Shown: positions 1 to 9,527, numbered from the stretch's first letter. The stretch is 64,000 bases of DNA from Bdellovibrionales bacterium (GCA_964230645.1 CAXRHT010000001.1:416001-480000), one strand, 5' to 3'. Notes: generated from the letters alone by a model not told the origin. Numbers and translations: made by a program.

Positions 1-113
1 ATAAGCACTTGGTAAGGAAAGCAGCTACTAGCCTGGGAATTTAACGAAAAAAAACAAACAAGTAGAGAAAGAGAAAATAAGGGTAAAATTGGCATACTCA
101 GTGTCTTATTCAT
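1..113 (-). CDS. Partial CDS (5' end only), secreted protein continuing out of the window
   Basis: Manual translation from ATG at 113 gives MNKTLSMPILPLFSLSLLVCFFSLNSQASSCFPYQVL (signal-peptide-like). GAGGAGGA RBS lies just upstream. Follows the 138..1697 gene on the same strand. Confidence 0.75.
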   Translation of the reverse strand, partial: MNKTLSMPILPLFSLSLLVCFFSLNSQASSCFPYQVL

Positions 114-137
114 CTCTTCCTCCTCACTTATTAGCCC

Positions 138-1697
138 TTATTGAATAAAAGGTCTTACCTGTTTTAAATAAACCTGTCGTTGGCCAGAATCGAGGTCATC
201 CACCTTGAATTCAATATCTAAGGGAACGGTTTGACCTTGATCGGTGGAAAAAATCGGCTGAAAGTGCTCGCTTGCTTTTAGACTTTGAAAAACAAGGTCT
301 TTCACTTCCCCTTCATACATCACCTTATGGGGGTTGGCTGCTGGAAGAATGGTTTCCATATCATCGGCCACATTGGACTGACTGAGATAGTGGATTTGGT
401 AGAGCTCTTTGTTTAAGGGCTCATTGGCATCGTAAAGCACCAAAATCTTCTCTGACTGTACACCGGGCTCTGGGTTGGCGACACTATGCTCATCCCCTCT
501 CTGGGCCTCGATATAAACTCCAGCTCCACTGAATTGGTCATTCTCAGCTAAGTTCGCCGTTACTAAAACTCCATCCACTTCCTCGTTGCTGTAGGATGGA
601 TTGACTTGAACACCCATATAGATTTCGTCGTGAGCAATTCCGAAAGCTTCTCTCTCTTCGTAAGCTCTCAGGTTCCAAACAGAGCCCCAGACTTCTTTTA
701 ATGCCTCTTTTGCCTCTTTGAGTTTTTTCTTTTGTGAGCGCTCCTCGCCATCTTTCATAGGCTTATAAGACTTGGAGGAATAAAGGCCAGCACCATTGAA
801 GTTAGGAAGATCTTCTGCGTTGGTAGAACTTCTAAACTTCATTTTCATTTTTTCGCCACTGGGGGAAACAAAATCATCTAATTTTGCGACCAAAAGGCTT
901 AAAAAATCCTCGTCAATAACAGTCACGTCGGATTCAATAAGTTCCCTGATAACTTTTAATTTCTCATCACGATATTTGGTCGCCGAAACACGTCTCATTA
1001 GGGGGTCACGTAAAAGACCTTTGATGGCATCCTTTAAAATGGGGTTATCCTCAACAAACTGAGCGTAATAGAAAAATGGAATGGCCATTGAGGGGCGAAC
1101 CACTTCTCGCTCAGGGGTGTTCAAAGCGTAAGCGAGTTCAGCGTAGTTAGCCGCTTTCGATCCGACTTTGCTAAAATCCTGCCAACTGAGATCAGGCATC
1201 AAAAAAACTTGCTGTGTGTTGAGATCACTCACTAGCTCAATTTTCTCAGACCCAGCCACCTTCTGTTGATAAAAACTTTTCGCCTGGTTCTCATCGGAGG
1301 CGGAAACCGTGATGTTTCCATCGGCAAGGGCTACTAAATGGATGAAGTCTCCATCCCCAAAGCCTTCAAATATTGGATTCGACATTCCACCTTCAAGGGC
1401 TGAGATATCAACGTTGGGTATTTTTCTAGCGCGCGCTTTTATTTGCACGTGGGACAAAAGGCCCTGATTCATCAAAGTAATGGCACCAGCCACCACTGAC
1501 ATATTAAAAGGCATCTCTGCAAAAACAGGGATAGATATAGGAGAAAGACTTTCGTACTTATCGGACTCCTCAAGTATATCCTCGGCACTTAAGAAAACCA
1601 ATTGCCCATGGGCCTCTCCTGGATTCATAACTCTGGCTTGGCCAAAGACATTGAAAGAAATAAAAAGGGCTAAAACCCCTAAAGCTATTTTGTTCAT
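138..1697 (-). CDS. Secreted PEP-synthase/PPDK-family dikinase-like protein (N-terminal phospho-His swivel domain, C-terminal ATP-grasp nucleotide-binding domain)
   Basis: Signal peptide. QGLLSHVQIKARARKIP matches the swivel-domain SH..AR..IP motif. GSKAANY, FRSSTNAEDLPNFNGAGLY and DIEF...YLKQVRP are PPDK_N motifs. Confidence 0.85.
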   Translation of the reverse strand: MNKIALGVLALFISFNVFGQARVMNPGEAHGQLVFLSAEDILEESDKYESLSPISIPVFAEMPFNMSVVAGAITLMNQGLLSHVQIKARARKIPNVDISALEGGMSNPIFEGFGDGDFIHLVALADGNITVSASDENQAKSFYQQKVAGSEKIELVSDLNTQQVFLMPDLSWQDFSKVGSKAANYAELAYALNTPEREVVRPSMAIPFFYYAQFVEDNPILKDAIKGLLRDPLMRRVSATKYRDEKLKVIRELIESDVTVIDEDFLSLLVAKLDDFVSPSGEKMKMKFRSSTNAEDLPNFNGAGLYSSKSYKPMKDGEERSQKKKLKEAKEALKEVWGSVWNLRAYEEREAFGIAHDEIYMGVQVNPSYSNEEVDGVLVTANLAENDQFSGAGVYIEAQRGDEHSVANPEPGVQSEKILVLYDANEPLNKELYQIHYLSQSNVADDMETILPAANPHKVMYEGEVKDLVFQSLKASEHFQPIFSTDQGQTVPLDIEFKVDDLDSGQRQVYLKQVRPFIQ

Positions 1698-1698
1698 A

Positions 1699-3072
1699 TT
1701 AATTTCCTTTGTTCAAAATGACTGAAACTGAATTTAATGAGGAAGACTTCAACACATCATCACGAAACTGCTGCACTCCAGACTGACCACTGGCTTGGGA
1801 CCAGGCCGTCACTGTACTTAAAAACACATCATCCATTGTCATTGCAGCAACATCGATCACATCGACTAAAGTTGATGAAAGCGCCTCACTGTCACCAGAG
1901 CTCAGTTCGTCGTAAAAATAAGCCCAGTTATCCTCAATGAGAAAACCTTCGATAAATATAAGATTGAGTAAAGTTTGCGCCAATTCAGAGGACTCCACTT
2001 TCTCAAACTTTATAACCTCTTTATTAATAAAGTCTGTGGCACTAACGATTGTCGCTAAGGCCTTGGCTTTCTTGGTCCAGGCGACAGCACTTGTACTTAA
2101 AGCTTTTTTACTTTCCACAGCTGTTTGCGATAGCAGAAAAAGAGTTTTAACACTAACTCCTTGCTCCTCTACTGTTTGCGCCGCACCTACTAGGTCGGTG
2201 AGCCCTGAGGCATTGGCCAATTCTTTAATTTTTCCGGCATCGGCCTGAAAGTACTCGCTTAACATGCGGTGAATTTCCTGCAAATAGGTGTTGCCATTAG
2301 CCGCATACCAGGGGTTTTCTTCCAGATAGATTTCAATCATTGGCAAGACATTTTCTGATAAGTTGTTGTGAATGGCATTACGGATTTTGTAGAGGCCTCT
2401 TACCCGAGAATCAGAAGCCCCCCAGCGATTCACAAAATAATCGTAGGCCACTTTGATCATATCACGGCTTTTTTCAAGAGAAGACGAGTTGGTAATGGGA
2501 CTTTGTTTTGCCAATAGATATACAGGCAAAAATTGGAAGGAATCCTCAACAAAACTCAAATAATAACTGAAATAGTAATTGGCATATTCTTGCTCAAACT
2601 CTGAACCAGCGATCCCTCTTGTATTGAATCCACGAGTGATTCCTGAGTCTGGAAATTTAGATATGTAATATTTCTCAAGCACCCAGTGTTTTACAATTTC
2701 AACAGATTCACTCATCCTGGAGGCTCCCACTGACATAAGAGCCTCATGATCTAAAGAAAATGATTGAGCACCGTCAAAAATCGTCTCGCTCATAAGGTTG
2801 TAGTAATTTGTAGTAAATAGGTTACCGGTATAAAAGCCATGCTCTGTAGCAAGAGTTTCAGCCACCTCGTTTCTATAGGCCGCCTGAAAAAGAAAGTCAC
2901 CAGAAGGAGCGCCTGATAAAACTTTCGAACGCCCTCTTGTCCCTTGTAGATAATTGTAGCCAAAGGGGCCTTTCCTTGTATTTTCAATTTCACTGAAAAT
3001 TGATTCTGGACTTGCAGCTACAGTCGATGTGGCGAGCATTAGAATAAAAGTAAGTACAATTCGATACATCAT
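1699..3072 (-). CDS. Secreted, probably alpha-helical hypothetical protein
   Basis: 457 aa ORF with signal peptide (..STVAA|SP). Stop is 1 nt from the dikinase start, so the two are tightly coupled. No family recognised. Confidence 0.8.
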   Translation of the reverse strand: MMYRIVLTFILMLATSTVAASPESIFSEIENTRKGPFGYNYLQGTRGRSKVLSGAPSGDFLFQAAYRNEVAETLATEHGFYTGNLFTTNYYNLMSETIFDGAQSFSLDHEALMSVGASRMSESVEIVKHWVLEKYYISKFPDSGITRGFNTRGIAGSEFEQEYANYYFSYYLSFVEDSFQFLPVYLLAKQSPITNSSSLEKSRDMIKVAYDYFVNRWGASDSRVRGLYKIRNAIHNNLSENVLPMIEIYLEENPWYAANGNTYLQEIHRMLSEYFQADAGKIKELANASGLTDLVGAAQTVEEQGVSVKTLFLLSQTAVESKKALSTSAVAWTKKAKALATIVSATDFINKEVIKFEKVESSELAQTLLNLIFIEGFLIEDNWAYFYDELSSGDSEALSSTLVDVIDVAAMTMDDVFLSTVTAWSQASGQSGVQQFRDDVLKSSSLNSVSVILNKGN

Positions 3073-3078
3073 ATTTCC

Positions 3079-4917
3079 TTAGTCAATAAGTTCTAGGACT
3101 TCTTGTTTTTCTTGTTCAAAGGCGTCTTTCCCACAGTCCTCACTGTTGGAGGTGGGCGCACAGCCTTTCACACGTCCCATCAAACGAACAAGGCGCATGC
3201 CCTTTGTTGAGTTTCCGCTCGATTGCATCCCAGAGGTCGTAATGGGACTATAAAATTGCACTTTGTCTCTTTCGTAAGTTTGCTCATAAAGCGGGAAAAC
3301 CCCTTGAGCCACAAATGAGGTTTTTACTCTTTTTTCTTTAAGATCCATATAGGAAGGAAAAGAAAGGCTTGGGTCAACGAATTCAAACTGCCCTGAGACA
3401 GAGTTAAATTCAAACACACGATTATCGCCATAGAGTTCTTGATAAAATTCGTATTTATCATCCATTCCAATATTAAGATCCTTTCCATCTCTTTTTGAGA
3501 GGCCACTGGAACCTTGAGTGTCGTAACTGATCATATACTCAACACCAATCACTTCGAGAGTTCCGTCACCATCGATGTCGTAAAGATCAAAATCCTCGGA
3601 ATCGTTTCCAAATTGGAAAACCTGTTTCATTTTGTCGTTTTCAACGGGCATCAAATGCCTCATTTCCCAAACGTGCCCGAGAGCCAACCGCAAGCAGCCG
3701 CTTGAAACTCCTCCCCGTTTTACTGCCCAGAAATGCTCATGTTCAGAGGGAGCATTGAGAAGCTCTTTAATTTCTCTATTAAAGTTTGATCCATAAAAGC
3801 GAACGGCTGGATTATGAAAACCATTGCCGATTCCTTCGAAATCCATCTTGGGAGCCCAGCCATAGTAAGGCTCTTTTCTAATATGATCGACTTCATGATA
3901 GGAGCGATCTAAGAAAGGCCATAAACCCGGAGTTGCAAAACGAGGAATACGATTGCCAAATTTATCTTTGGTAGTACCCTTATAACTCCCTGTCGGATAA
4001 ACCGCAGAAAACTCAGGATAAGTAAGATAACACTGAGAACCCTCGCAGTGGATCGGCTCTCTCCACTCTCCATTAGCCCCTAAAGTTTTAAACTTAAATT
4101 TTTGTTCAGTCAGTGTGGTGAAAAGGCTTAGAGCTTGAGCTTGAAACTCCGCTTCGGCTTCAGAGAGAGCTAGATTAGCCAAAGCTTGCAAATCTTCGAC
4201 AAGCTCGTCTGTCGGCTCCTCGGTATAATTTATTCGCCCCCAAACGAGAGTGTTGATGGCCTGAATAGTCTCCTCACTTCGACGAGTAAGGACTGATTCA
4301 ACAGAGTCTCCGTCGAGAATTTGTGAGAGTGTCTTTTTCCAGCGTGTGAACTCAGCATTGAGATCAAGATTGACAAAGAAAACACGCTCGGTATTAAGTT
4401 GTTTAACGAGTTTTAAGCTCTCTTGATAGAGCTCTTTGTCGTTCAAATTGCCTTGTCTATAGGATTGAGTCAGAGTTTTTATTTGATAAACAGGAGAATC
4501 AATCACGCTTTGAAAATGACTCAGTTGCGGTAGAAGTGAAGCATCTTCAGGATTGATATCCAGGGCAGGACGTTGGCCGTCTTGAGAGGTGGTCATTTCC
4601 TGGTAAAAAGAAGATCTCGCTTCAAGATCAAAAAGATAATCCATAATTGTTTTTTCATCCAGGAGAACACTCACTCGCGTCTGGTTTCCACGTGAAGTCC
4701 GAATGTGAATTCTCTCGGGAGACTGACTTCTTGGAGCAAAGCCTGTGTAAAAACTGGGATAGTAGTGGCTGATTCTTCCTTCTCCACCTTTCCAGCTTGT
4801 ACCCCAGATAAGCAACGAACTGTTGTACTGCTCTAAAGGAGTTTGGCTTTGAGCCCATTGGACGTTAGATAAAATTAGGACAAATAAAAATACCTGTTTT
4901 AGGTAAAACATAGACAC
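3079..4917 (-). CDS. Secreted protein with divergent L,D-transpeptidase (YkuD-like) catalytic motif
   Basis: Signal peptide. GNGFHNP...RGGVSSGCLRL resembles the YkuD H...S(H)GC(I/V)RL motif. Also carries a DIDGDG Ca-binding-type loop. Confidence 0.6.
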   Translation of the reverse strand: MSMFYLKQVFLFVLILSNVQWAQSQTPLEQYNSSLLIWGTSWKGGEGRISHYYPSFYTGFAPRSQSPERIHIRTSRGNQTRVSVLLDEKTIMDYLFDLEARSSFYQEMTTSQDGQRPALDINPEDASLLPQLSHFQSVIDSPVYQIKTLTQSYRQGNLNDKELYQESLKLVKQLNTERVFFVNLDLNAEFTRWKKTLSQILDGDSVESVLTRRSEETIQAINTLVWGRINYTEEPTDELVEDLQALANLALSEAEAEFQAQALSLFTTLTEQKFKFKTLGANGEWREPIHCEGSQCYLTYPEFSAVYPTGSYKGTTKDKFGNRIPRFATPGLWPFLDRSYHEVDHIRKEPYYGWAPKMDFEGIGNGFHNPAVRFYGSNFNREIKELLNAPSEHEHFWAVKRGGVSSGCLRLALGHVWEMRHLMPVENDKMKQVFQFGNDSEDFDLYDIDGDGTLEVIGVEYMISYDTQGSSGLSKRDGKDLNIGMDDKYEFYQELYGDNRVFEFNSVSGQFEFVDPSLSFPSYMDLKEKRVKTSFVAQGVFPLYEQTYERDKVQFYSPITTSGMQSSGNSTKGMRLVRLMGRVKGCAPTSNSEDCGKDAFEQEKQEVLELID

Positions 4918-5103
4918 CTCTTTTAGTATTAGGCGTCATATATCTTGTCGACGAGTCACATGATATGAATAATCATTAAAGAGTATATTTTTCATGTTCG
5001 TTGGGCCTGGTTTTTCTTTTTTATTTCGAAGACTTAGAAAAATACCGTCGTTCTTTTTTTTAAGGATGGATTAAAGTCTAAAAGACTTTTTCCTTAAACG
5101 ATT

Positions 5104-5898
5104 CTACTCAGCTTTTAGAAAGGCCGGCAGAGCTCCAGAAAAATCATTCTTTTCTAAGTAAAGGGACTCTTCAAGACTCTTCTCATATTTTGAAAACGAA
5201 CGGCGATTAAGACCAAAGGTTCGAATCAAATCGGCCATCCAGCAGGGCACTTGCCTACCAGCTTTGAGCTCTAAAATCACAGAAGAGAAGGACTCACCAA
5301 AAACAGAGGTTACGTCGTAGTGACACATCTTTTTAGGATCCGGCTGAACTGTGAAGCCAGGTTCTTTTTGGTAGCAAAGGTCTCTATCAAAAGTCACACG
5401 GGCGTACTCATCCACTCTGGAGAAAAAGGCAAGACGATAATATTGAGTCAGAATTTTAGGTTCGACGTTGAGGATACTAAAGCTATGAAAAAACTTTTGA
5501 AAATTTCCTTCATCAGAGACCTTCAAAAGATCATAGTTTTGCCTTCCGGCAAGGATATCCGCCCATTCTTGAAAGCTTGTTTTCGAACGAAGCTTATCGA
5601 CCATATCACCATGTTTACATTTTTTTTCAAAGAAATAGGGAGGCTGACTGCCATCGCCGTACGAGCGTACTCGTAAATTAAAGCGGTTAAATCTTTTTAC
5701 CTTTTTGTTTTTAAGAAGATCGAAATTGAAGGTATCCAGGTAAAGACTATTAACCTGGTAATAACCATCGGGGGATTTTTTTGAAAAAGGATCTTGTTCG
5801 CAGTAGACTTTGATGTAGTCACAAATGGGTTGAACCATTTCAATGGGGATTGAGTATTTAAGCTCTCGGCGGACAAGACGAGTCTCTCGATCAAACAA
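5104..5898 (-). CDS. VTC-domain (CYTH-like) polyphosphate polymerase domain protein
   Basis: Motifs RRELKY, VNSLYLDT, RFNLRVRSY, FFEKKCK, RVTFD, ILELK and FSKY are typical of bacterial VTC proteins. No signal peptide. Confidence 0.9.
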   Translation of the reverse strand: MFDRETRLVRRELKYSIPIEMVQPICDYIKVYCEQDPFSKKSPDGYYQVNSLYLDTFNFDLLKNKKVKRFNRFNLRVRSYGDGSQPPYFFEKKCKHGDMVDKLRSKTSFQEWADILAGRQNYDLLKVSDEGNFQKFFHSFSILNVEPKILTQYYRLAFFSRVDEYARVTFDRDLCYQKEPGFTVQPDPKKMCHYDVTSVFGESFSSVILELKAGRQVPCWMADLIRTFGLNRRSFSKYEKSLEESLYLEKNDFSGALPAFLKAE

Positions 5899-5980
5899 TT
5901 TGTCACCTCTTGGACAGGAAACTAACTGAATCTTGACATAAACCTCAAGCTGTTCCCTTGGTATTGAATATTTTTCAGCT

Positions 5981-6007
5981 AAAAAAAAGCCTCCTTACGG
6001 AGGCTTT
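5981..6007 (-). terminator. Rho-independent terminator after the kinase-like gene
   Basis: Minus strand reads AAAGCCTCC-GTAA-GGAGGCTTTTTTTT. Confidence 0.8.
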
Positions 6008-6019
6008 ACAATTCAGAAA

Positions 6020-7549
6020 TTAAAGAGCGGAGCAATCAAGAGACTCCATCTGAACGCCATCGCGTGGAAAGTTATCCACGTCGTTAAGGTCAAATTGGAT
6101 CTCTGGACACTGGGCTCTTAATTTTTCGGCCACATTGTGAGTTCTCTCTACAAAACTCTCCAATGTCTTCTCATTAAGGTTTAAGTTCGTGGCCATCCAC
6201 TGATAAATGGGTCCTGCGGCTTGCAGGTCACGATCGAGCTCCATGAGCTTTTCATAGGTTTTTGTCGCCATATGATGAATATCCTCAAGCCAATCCGCTC
6301 TTTCTGGAAAATTGGCGTATTTACCAATCGTCGCTCCAGGGTATCCGCTGTAATCTCTTAGGCCAGCATCGTTATCGTTGAGGAAGGTTCTTTGAATAAG
6401 GACAGGTTCCGAACCAGGCTTAATGTCAGCCACCCAATCTTCCTCGGGTAAAGTAATTCCTGAGGCCGCCATTTCCTCACGACTCATCTCTTCGAATTCG
6501 TCTCTCTTCTCGCGCTTGTCTTTCACTTTGTCGTCGATCGTTTCGTAATTCCAGTACCAACGATAATCGATGTTTCCAACTCGGTCTTGCTGACCAAAAA
6601 TAGAATCAAGAACGATCATTTCTGACATTTCTCTCATCCAAAAAAGCATCTGTAAGGCGGGAACATCCCCTAGGGAATTAGCCATCTCACGAGAGGAAGC
6701 CTTTGCTTTTGCCACACCTTCTTCAACAGCTTCTAAAAGTGGTTTATCACTTCTTAGTGCGATAAAGGGGGCTACGTCATCACGCAACTGCTTGTGCTGA
6801 CCTGTTCCCCAGGAAGCTGTGCGAGTGGAGTTAATTTCAGCTCCGTAGCGCTCTCCTGGCCCCTTGATAAGAACACCATAGATTTTTGCGCCATCGGCGG
6901 TTACAAGCTCTTCTGTGGGTGAGTAATCCTCTGGATTTTGCCCAACGATATCAAGCCATCTCCAACCATTGTGAACCTTTTGACCTGAGCGAGTGTTTGC
7001 TAACCCCACAGGAACCACGTTTTCATAAATATACTGACGGTCTATCTCTCTATAGACAGAGACTGGGACTTTGATCTTCGTATCCAGAAGTCTAGAAACA
7101 TGATAGTAAGCTAACGATGATGGCGAATACGTTCCGCTGGTGCCACCGCCAAGGCTTGAGCTTCCCTGGTTCATAGAAACTTTAAACTTAGCGAGGTTAT
7201 CGACATCCTCCCCCTCGTCTTTTTGCCCGCAGTACTCTGAGCTCATGTACTCCTCTTTACTCATACCACTTTCACTGATTTCACGGACCATTGTGGCAGG
7301 GCTTGTGCTCCAAGTCTTTGGGCAAACCGCAAAATTCGGTGCGTAGATATTAGCGCTACAGAATTCGATTTCGTCTTCTAAATCGTCTTTATCGTAATCT
7401 CCCCCTGGAATTTGAGGCAAAGAACGGCAAACCTCATTCACTCCATTGGGAGAAACATAGGTCATTTCAAAACCGTGTGCTGAAGCTTCTATGGCACCTA
7501 ATAGACTGATTGTTAAAACTGATATTATAAATTTCATCTTATCATCCAT
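6020..7549 (-). CDS. Secreted atypical kinase, Fam20C/Four-jointed/CotH-like
   Basis: Signal peptide. LAKFK (candidate beta3 Lys), LAYYHVSRLLD..VPVSVYRE, EMIVLDSIFGQQDRVGN (catalytic loop; cf. Fam20C DFLMGNMDRHHY) and FLNDNDAG (cf. LDNGRG). Confidence 0.7.
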   Translation of the reverse strand: MDDKMKFIISVLTISLLGAIEASAHGFEMTYVSPNGVNEVCRSLPQIPGGDYDKDDLEDEIEFCSANIYAPNFAVCPKTWSTSPATMVREISESGMSKEEYMSSEYCGQKDEGEDVDNLAKFKVSMNQGSSSLGGGTSGTYSPSSLAYYHVSRLLDTKIKVPVSVYREIDRQYIYENVVPVGLANTRSGQKVHNGWRWLDIVGQNPEDYSPTEELVTADGAKIYGVLIKGPGERYGAEINSTRTASWGTGQHKQLRDDVAPFIALRSDKPLLEAVEEGVAKAKASSREMANSLGDVPALQMLFWMREMSEMIVLDSIFGQQDRVGNIDYRWYWNYETIDDKVKDKREKRDEFEEMSREEMAASGITLPEEDWVADIKPGSEPVLIQRTFLNDNDAGLRDYSGYPGATIGKYANFPERADWLEDIHHMATKTYEKLMELDRDLQAAGPIYQWMATNLNLNEKTLESFVERTHNVAEKLRAQCPEIQFDLNDVDNFPRDGVQMESLDCSAL

Positions 7550-7563
7550 TTGTTAGTGTGAAA

Positions 7564-8223
7564 TTAGTGGCAGATTTGACTACGCTGCTCGGCGGTTAAC
7601 TGAAACTCAGGAAAAGGATTAAATTCGTCGATCTTCTCAAACTGACGACGTCTTCCCTTAGCACCGAGTGAGTCGTAAATATCAATGGCATCCCAGTTGC
7701 TCTTAGCCTGGTCTTTTGAAATTCCACAAAACTGCATTAAAGCCATTTGAGCTAGAGTGTTTGAAGCATGAACTCCGTAATAGCAATGCAAATAAACAGC
7801 CCCTGCAGATCCATTTATAACATCGTTATAAAGATAGCTCATAAGGTTATAAACCCGACTCCCTCCCCCACCGTCACGGGCTTCACCAATGTAAACATAG
7901 TCAAGGGCATTGGATCCACAGCTAACAGAGGTATCAACATCAATGTAAACCGAATAAATTCTGGAGAAGTCATCAGCACACATCTGGTTGGTCATTGAAG
8001 AGCTTAGTAGCGCTCGGCGCCTGTCAGAGCCACCAATATAGAATGCGCCTTTTAAAATCGCTTTGGGACGTGTGTCCCCGGAATTGTAAGAGGACTGACT
8101 AATCTCCGTACTGCTTCCTGGATTATTGAAAATATTCTGAAAATGACTGATTTTGTCTCGAAGGCTTTGGCTGAATGCCAATTGAGAAGATAACAGAATT
8201 GCGAAAAAGATAATTCGGTTCAT
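7564..8223 (-). CDS. Secreted Cys-phosphatase-fold (PTP/DSP-like) protein with atypical active-site loop
   Basis: Signal peptide. VYLHCYYGVHASNTLAQMALMQFCGISKDQA follows the DSP pattern, but CX5R is CX5A. Confidence 0.6.
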   Translation of the reverse strand: MNRIIFFAILLSSQLAFSQSLRDKISHFQNIFNNPGSSTEISQSSYNSGDTRPKAILKGAFYIGGSDRRRALLSSSMTNQMCADDFSRIYSVYIDVDTSVSCGSNALDYVYIGEARDGGGGSRVYNLMSYLYNDVINGSAGAVYLHCYYGVHASNTLAQMALMQFCGISKDQAKSNWDAIDIYDSLGAKGRRRQFEKIDEFNPFPEFQLTAEQRSQICH

Positions 8224-8347
8224 AAGGGGGGCTCCTTTTAATAGCTTAAAAGGTCCTTATAACACTCGACTGTGGCACGCCTAGCGAAAGTGATTTTGTT
8301 AAAATCTTTCTATGTACTTATGAACTAATTTCACCGAAAAAAAACTA

Positions 8348-9493
8348 CTAAAGGTCGTGCCTTCGGTAGATTATCCTACGAGATGAATCGAGGAAGTGTG
8401 AACTAGGAAACTGACTACATCGTTGACACTTACTTGTATTGCCTGAAGGCATATCAATCACCTCAGGGAACTGACTGTCATCAAGAATTTCGTAATTGTC
8501 AGAGGTCCTTTGCACCAGTGACCAGTTACCAAGGCTATCAAATTCAACAACCAAAAAGGCCTTCGGGCTTCTAGGAAGGCTTGAATTCCTCGAAATATGA
8601 TAGCGAGATCCACTTCCTAAGAGGGGAACAGACACATACTCCGTATGATGATCTCGTCTCCCAGGGTAGTAAACGTGGGAATGTCCACTAAAAAAGACAT
8701 CCACTTTGTGTTTTTCAAAAAGGTCTTCCACCTTTTTTAAAAAGCTCGAATTACCTCGAGACACATATTCCGTTTCTTTTTTAAAAGCAAAAGGCAATAG
8801 AGGCACATGACCATAGATAAATCGCAACTTAGCGTCTTTTTCTTTTGCAAACACTTGTTCCATCCAATTCAAAGTGCTGTCAGACCAGGCTCTCACTGCT
8901 GTATCATCAAGACTGATAAAAAGAGCGGACCCAATGCGGAAAGCGTATTGGAAGGGAAAGTTCTGTTCTACACCTTCAACCATCTTCATATTGGAGGCCA
9001 CAGAAAGAGGGTCTTCTCTTTCCCAAGACTCTTTATAGTGTTTTCGTTCTGTTTGAAAACCTATATGGGCGTCATGATTTCCCGGTGAAGGAAAAACAGG
9101 AATTTCACTTTTAAGCATGGGCCGTGTCACATTGGAGTGAAAAGAATCCCACATTCCTCGGTAGTCCAAACCGCTTTTTTGACCAGCCACCATATCGCCA
9201 GTAGATATTACGAAATCTATTTCCGAATCCCTATCTGTGATGTAGCTAACAGCTCTTTTAACATCTTGCCCATAGGACTTTGAGCCGTAAGATCCGTTCA
9301 TATCGGAAATAATTCCAAAACGATAGTTTTTAACAATGGGATCCGGTTTGTCACCAGGCTCATTGGCATCACCTGGGTCTTGACCATAACCTTGATCACT
9401 TTGATCAGAGCTATTTTGGTCGGATTGATCCGCAGGCTTAGAGTGACTGCAGTGGACGAGACTAAAAAATAATAAAAGAATAAAGATACGCAC
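8348..9493 (-). CDS. Calcineurin-like metallophosphoesterase lipoprotein
   Basis: Lipobox LVHC, acidic low-complexity linker, and motifs ISDMN, GDMV, GNHD, YGH, GHSH. Confidence 0.9.
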   Translation of the reverse strand: MRIFILLLFFSLVHCSHSKPADQSDQNSSDQSDQGYGQDPGDANEPGDKPDPIVKNYRFGIISDMNGSYGSKSYGQDVKRAVSYITDRDSEIDFVISTGDMVAGQKSGLDYRGMWDSFHSNVTRPMLKSEIPVFPSPGNHDAHIGFQTERKHYKESWEREDPLSVASNMKMVEGVEQNFPFQYAFRIGSALFISLDDTAVRAWSDSTLNWMEQVFAKEKDAKLRFIYGHVPLLPFAFKKETEYVSRGNSSFLKKVEDLFEKHKVDVFFSGHSHVYYPGRRDHHTEYVSVPLLGSGSRYHISRNSSLPRSPKAFLVVEFDSLGNWSLVQRTSDNYEILDDSQFPEVIDMPSGNTSKCQRCSQFPSSHFLDSSRRIIYRRHDL

Positions 9494-9500
9494 GAAGTAA

Positions 9501-9527
9501 GTATCGGGATGTTCGTTCTTTTAATTA
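9501..9527 (-). promoter_or_regulatory. Candidate sigma28 (FliA)-like promoter
   Basis: TAAT-N15-CCCGATAC on the minus strand, ending 7 nt before the GTG start at 9493. Confidence 0.4.

Noticed and set aside
8273..8288. Sigma54 promoter (TGGCAC)
   Set aside because: There is no GC at the required -12 spacing, and it points away from the neighbouring minus-strand gene.
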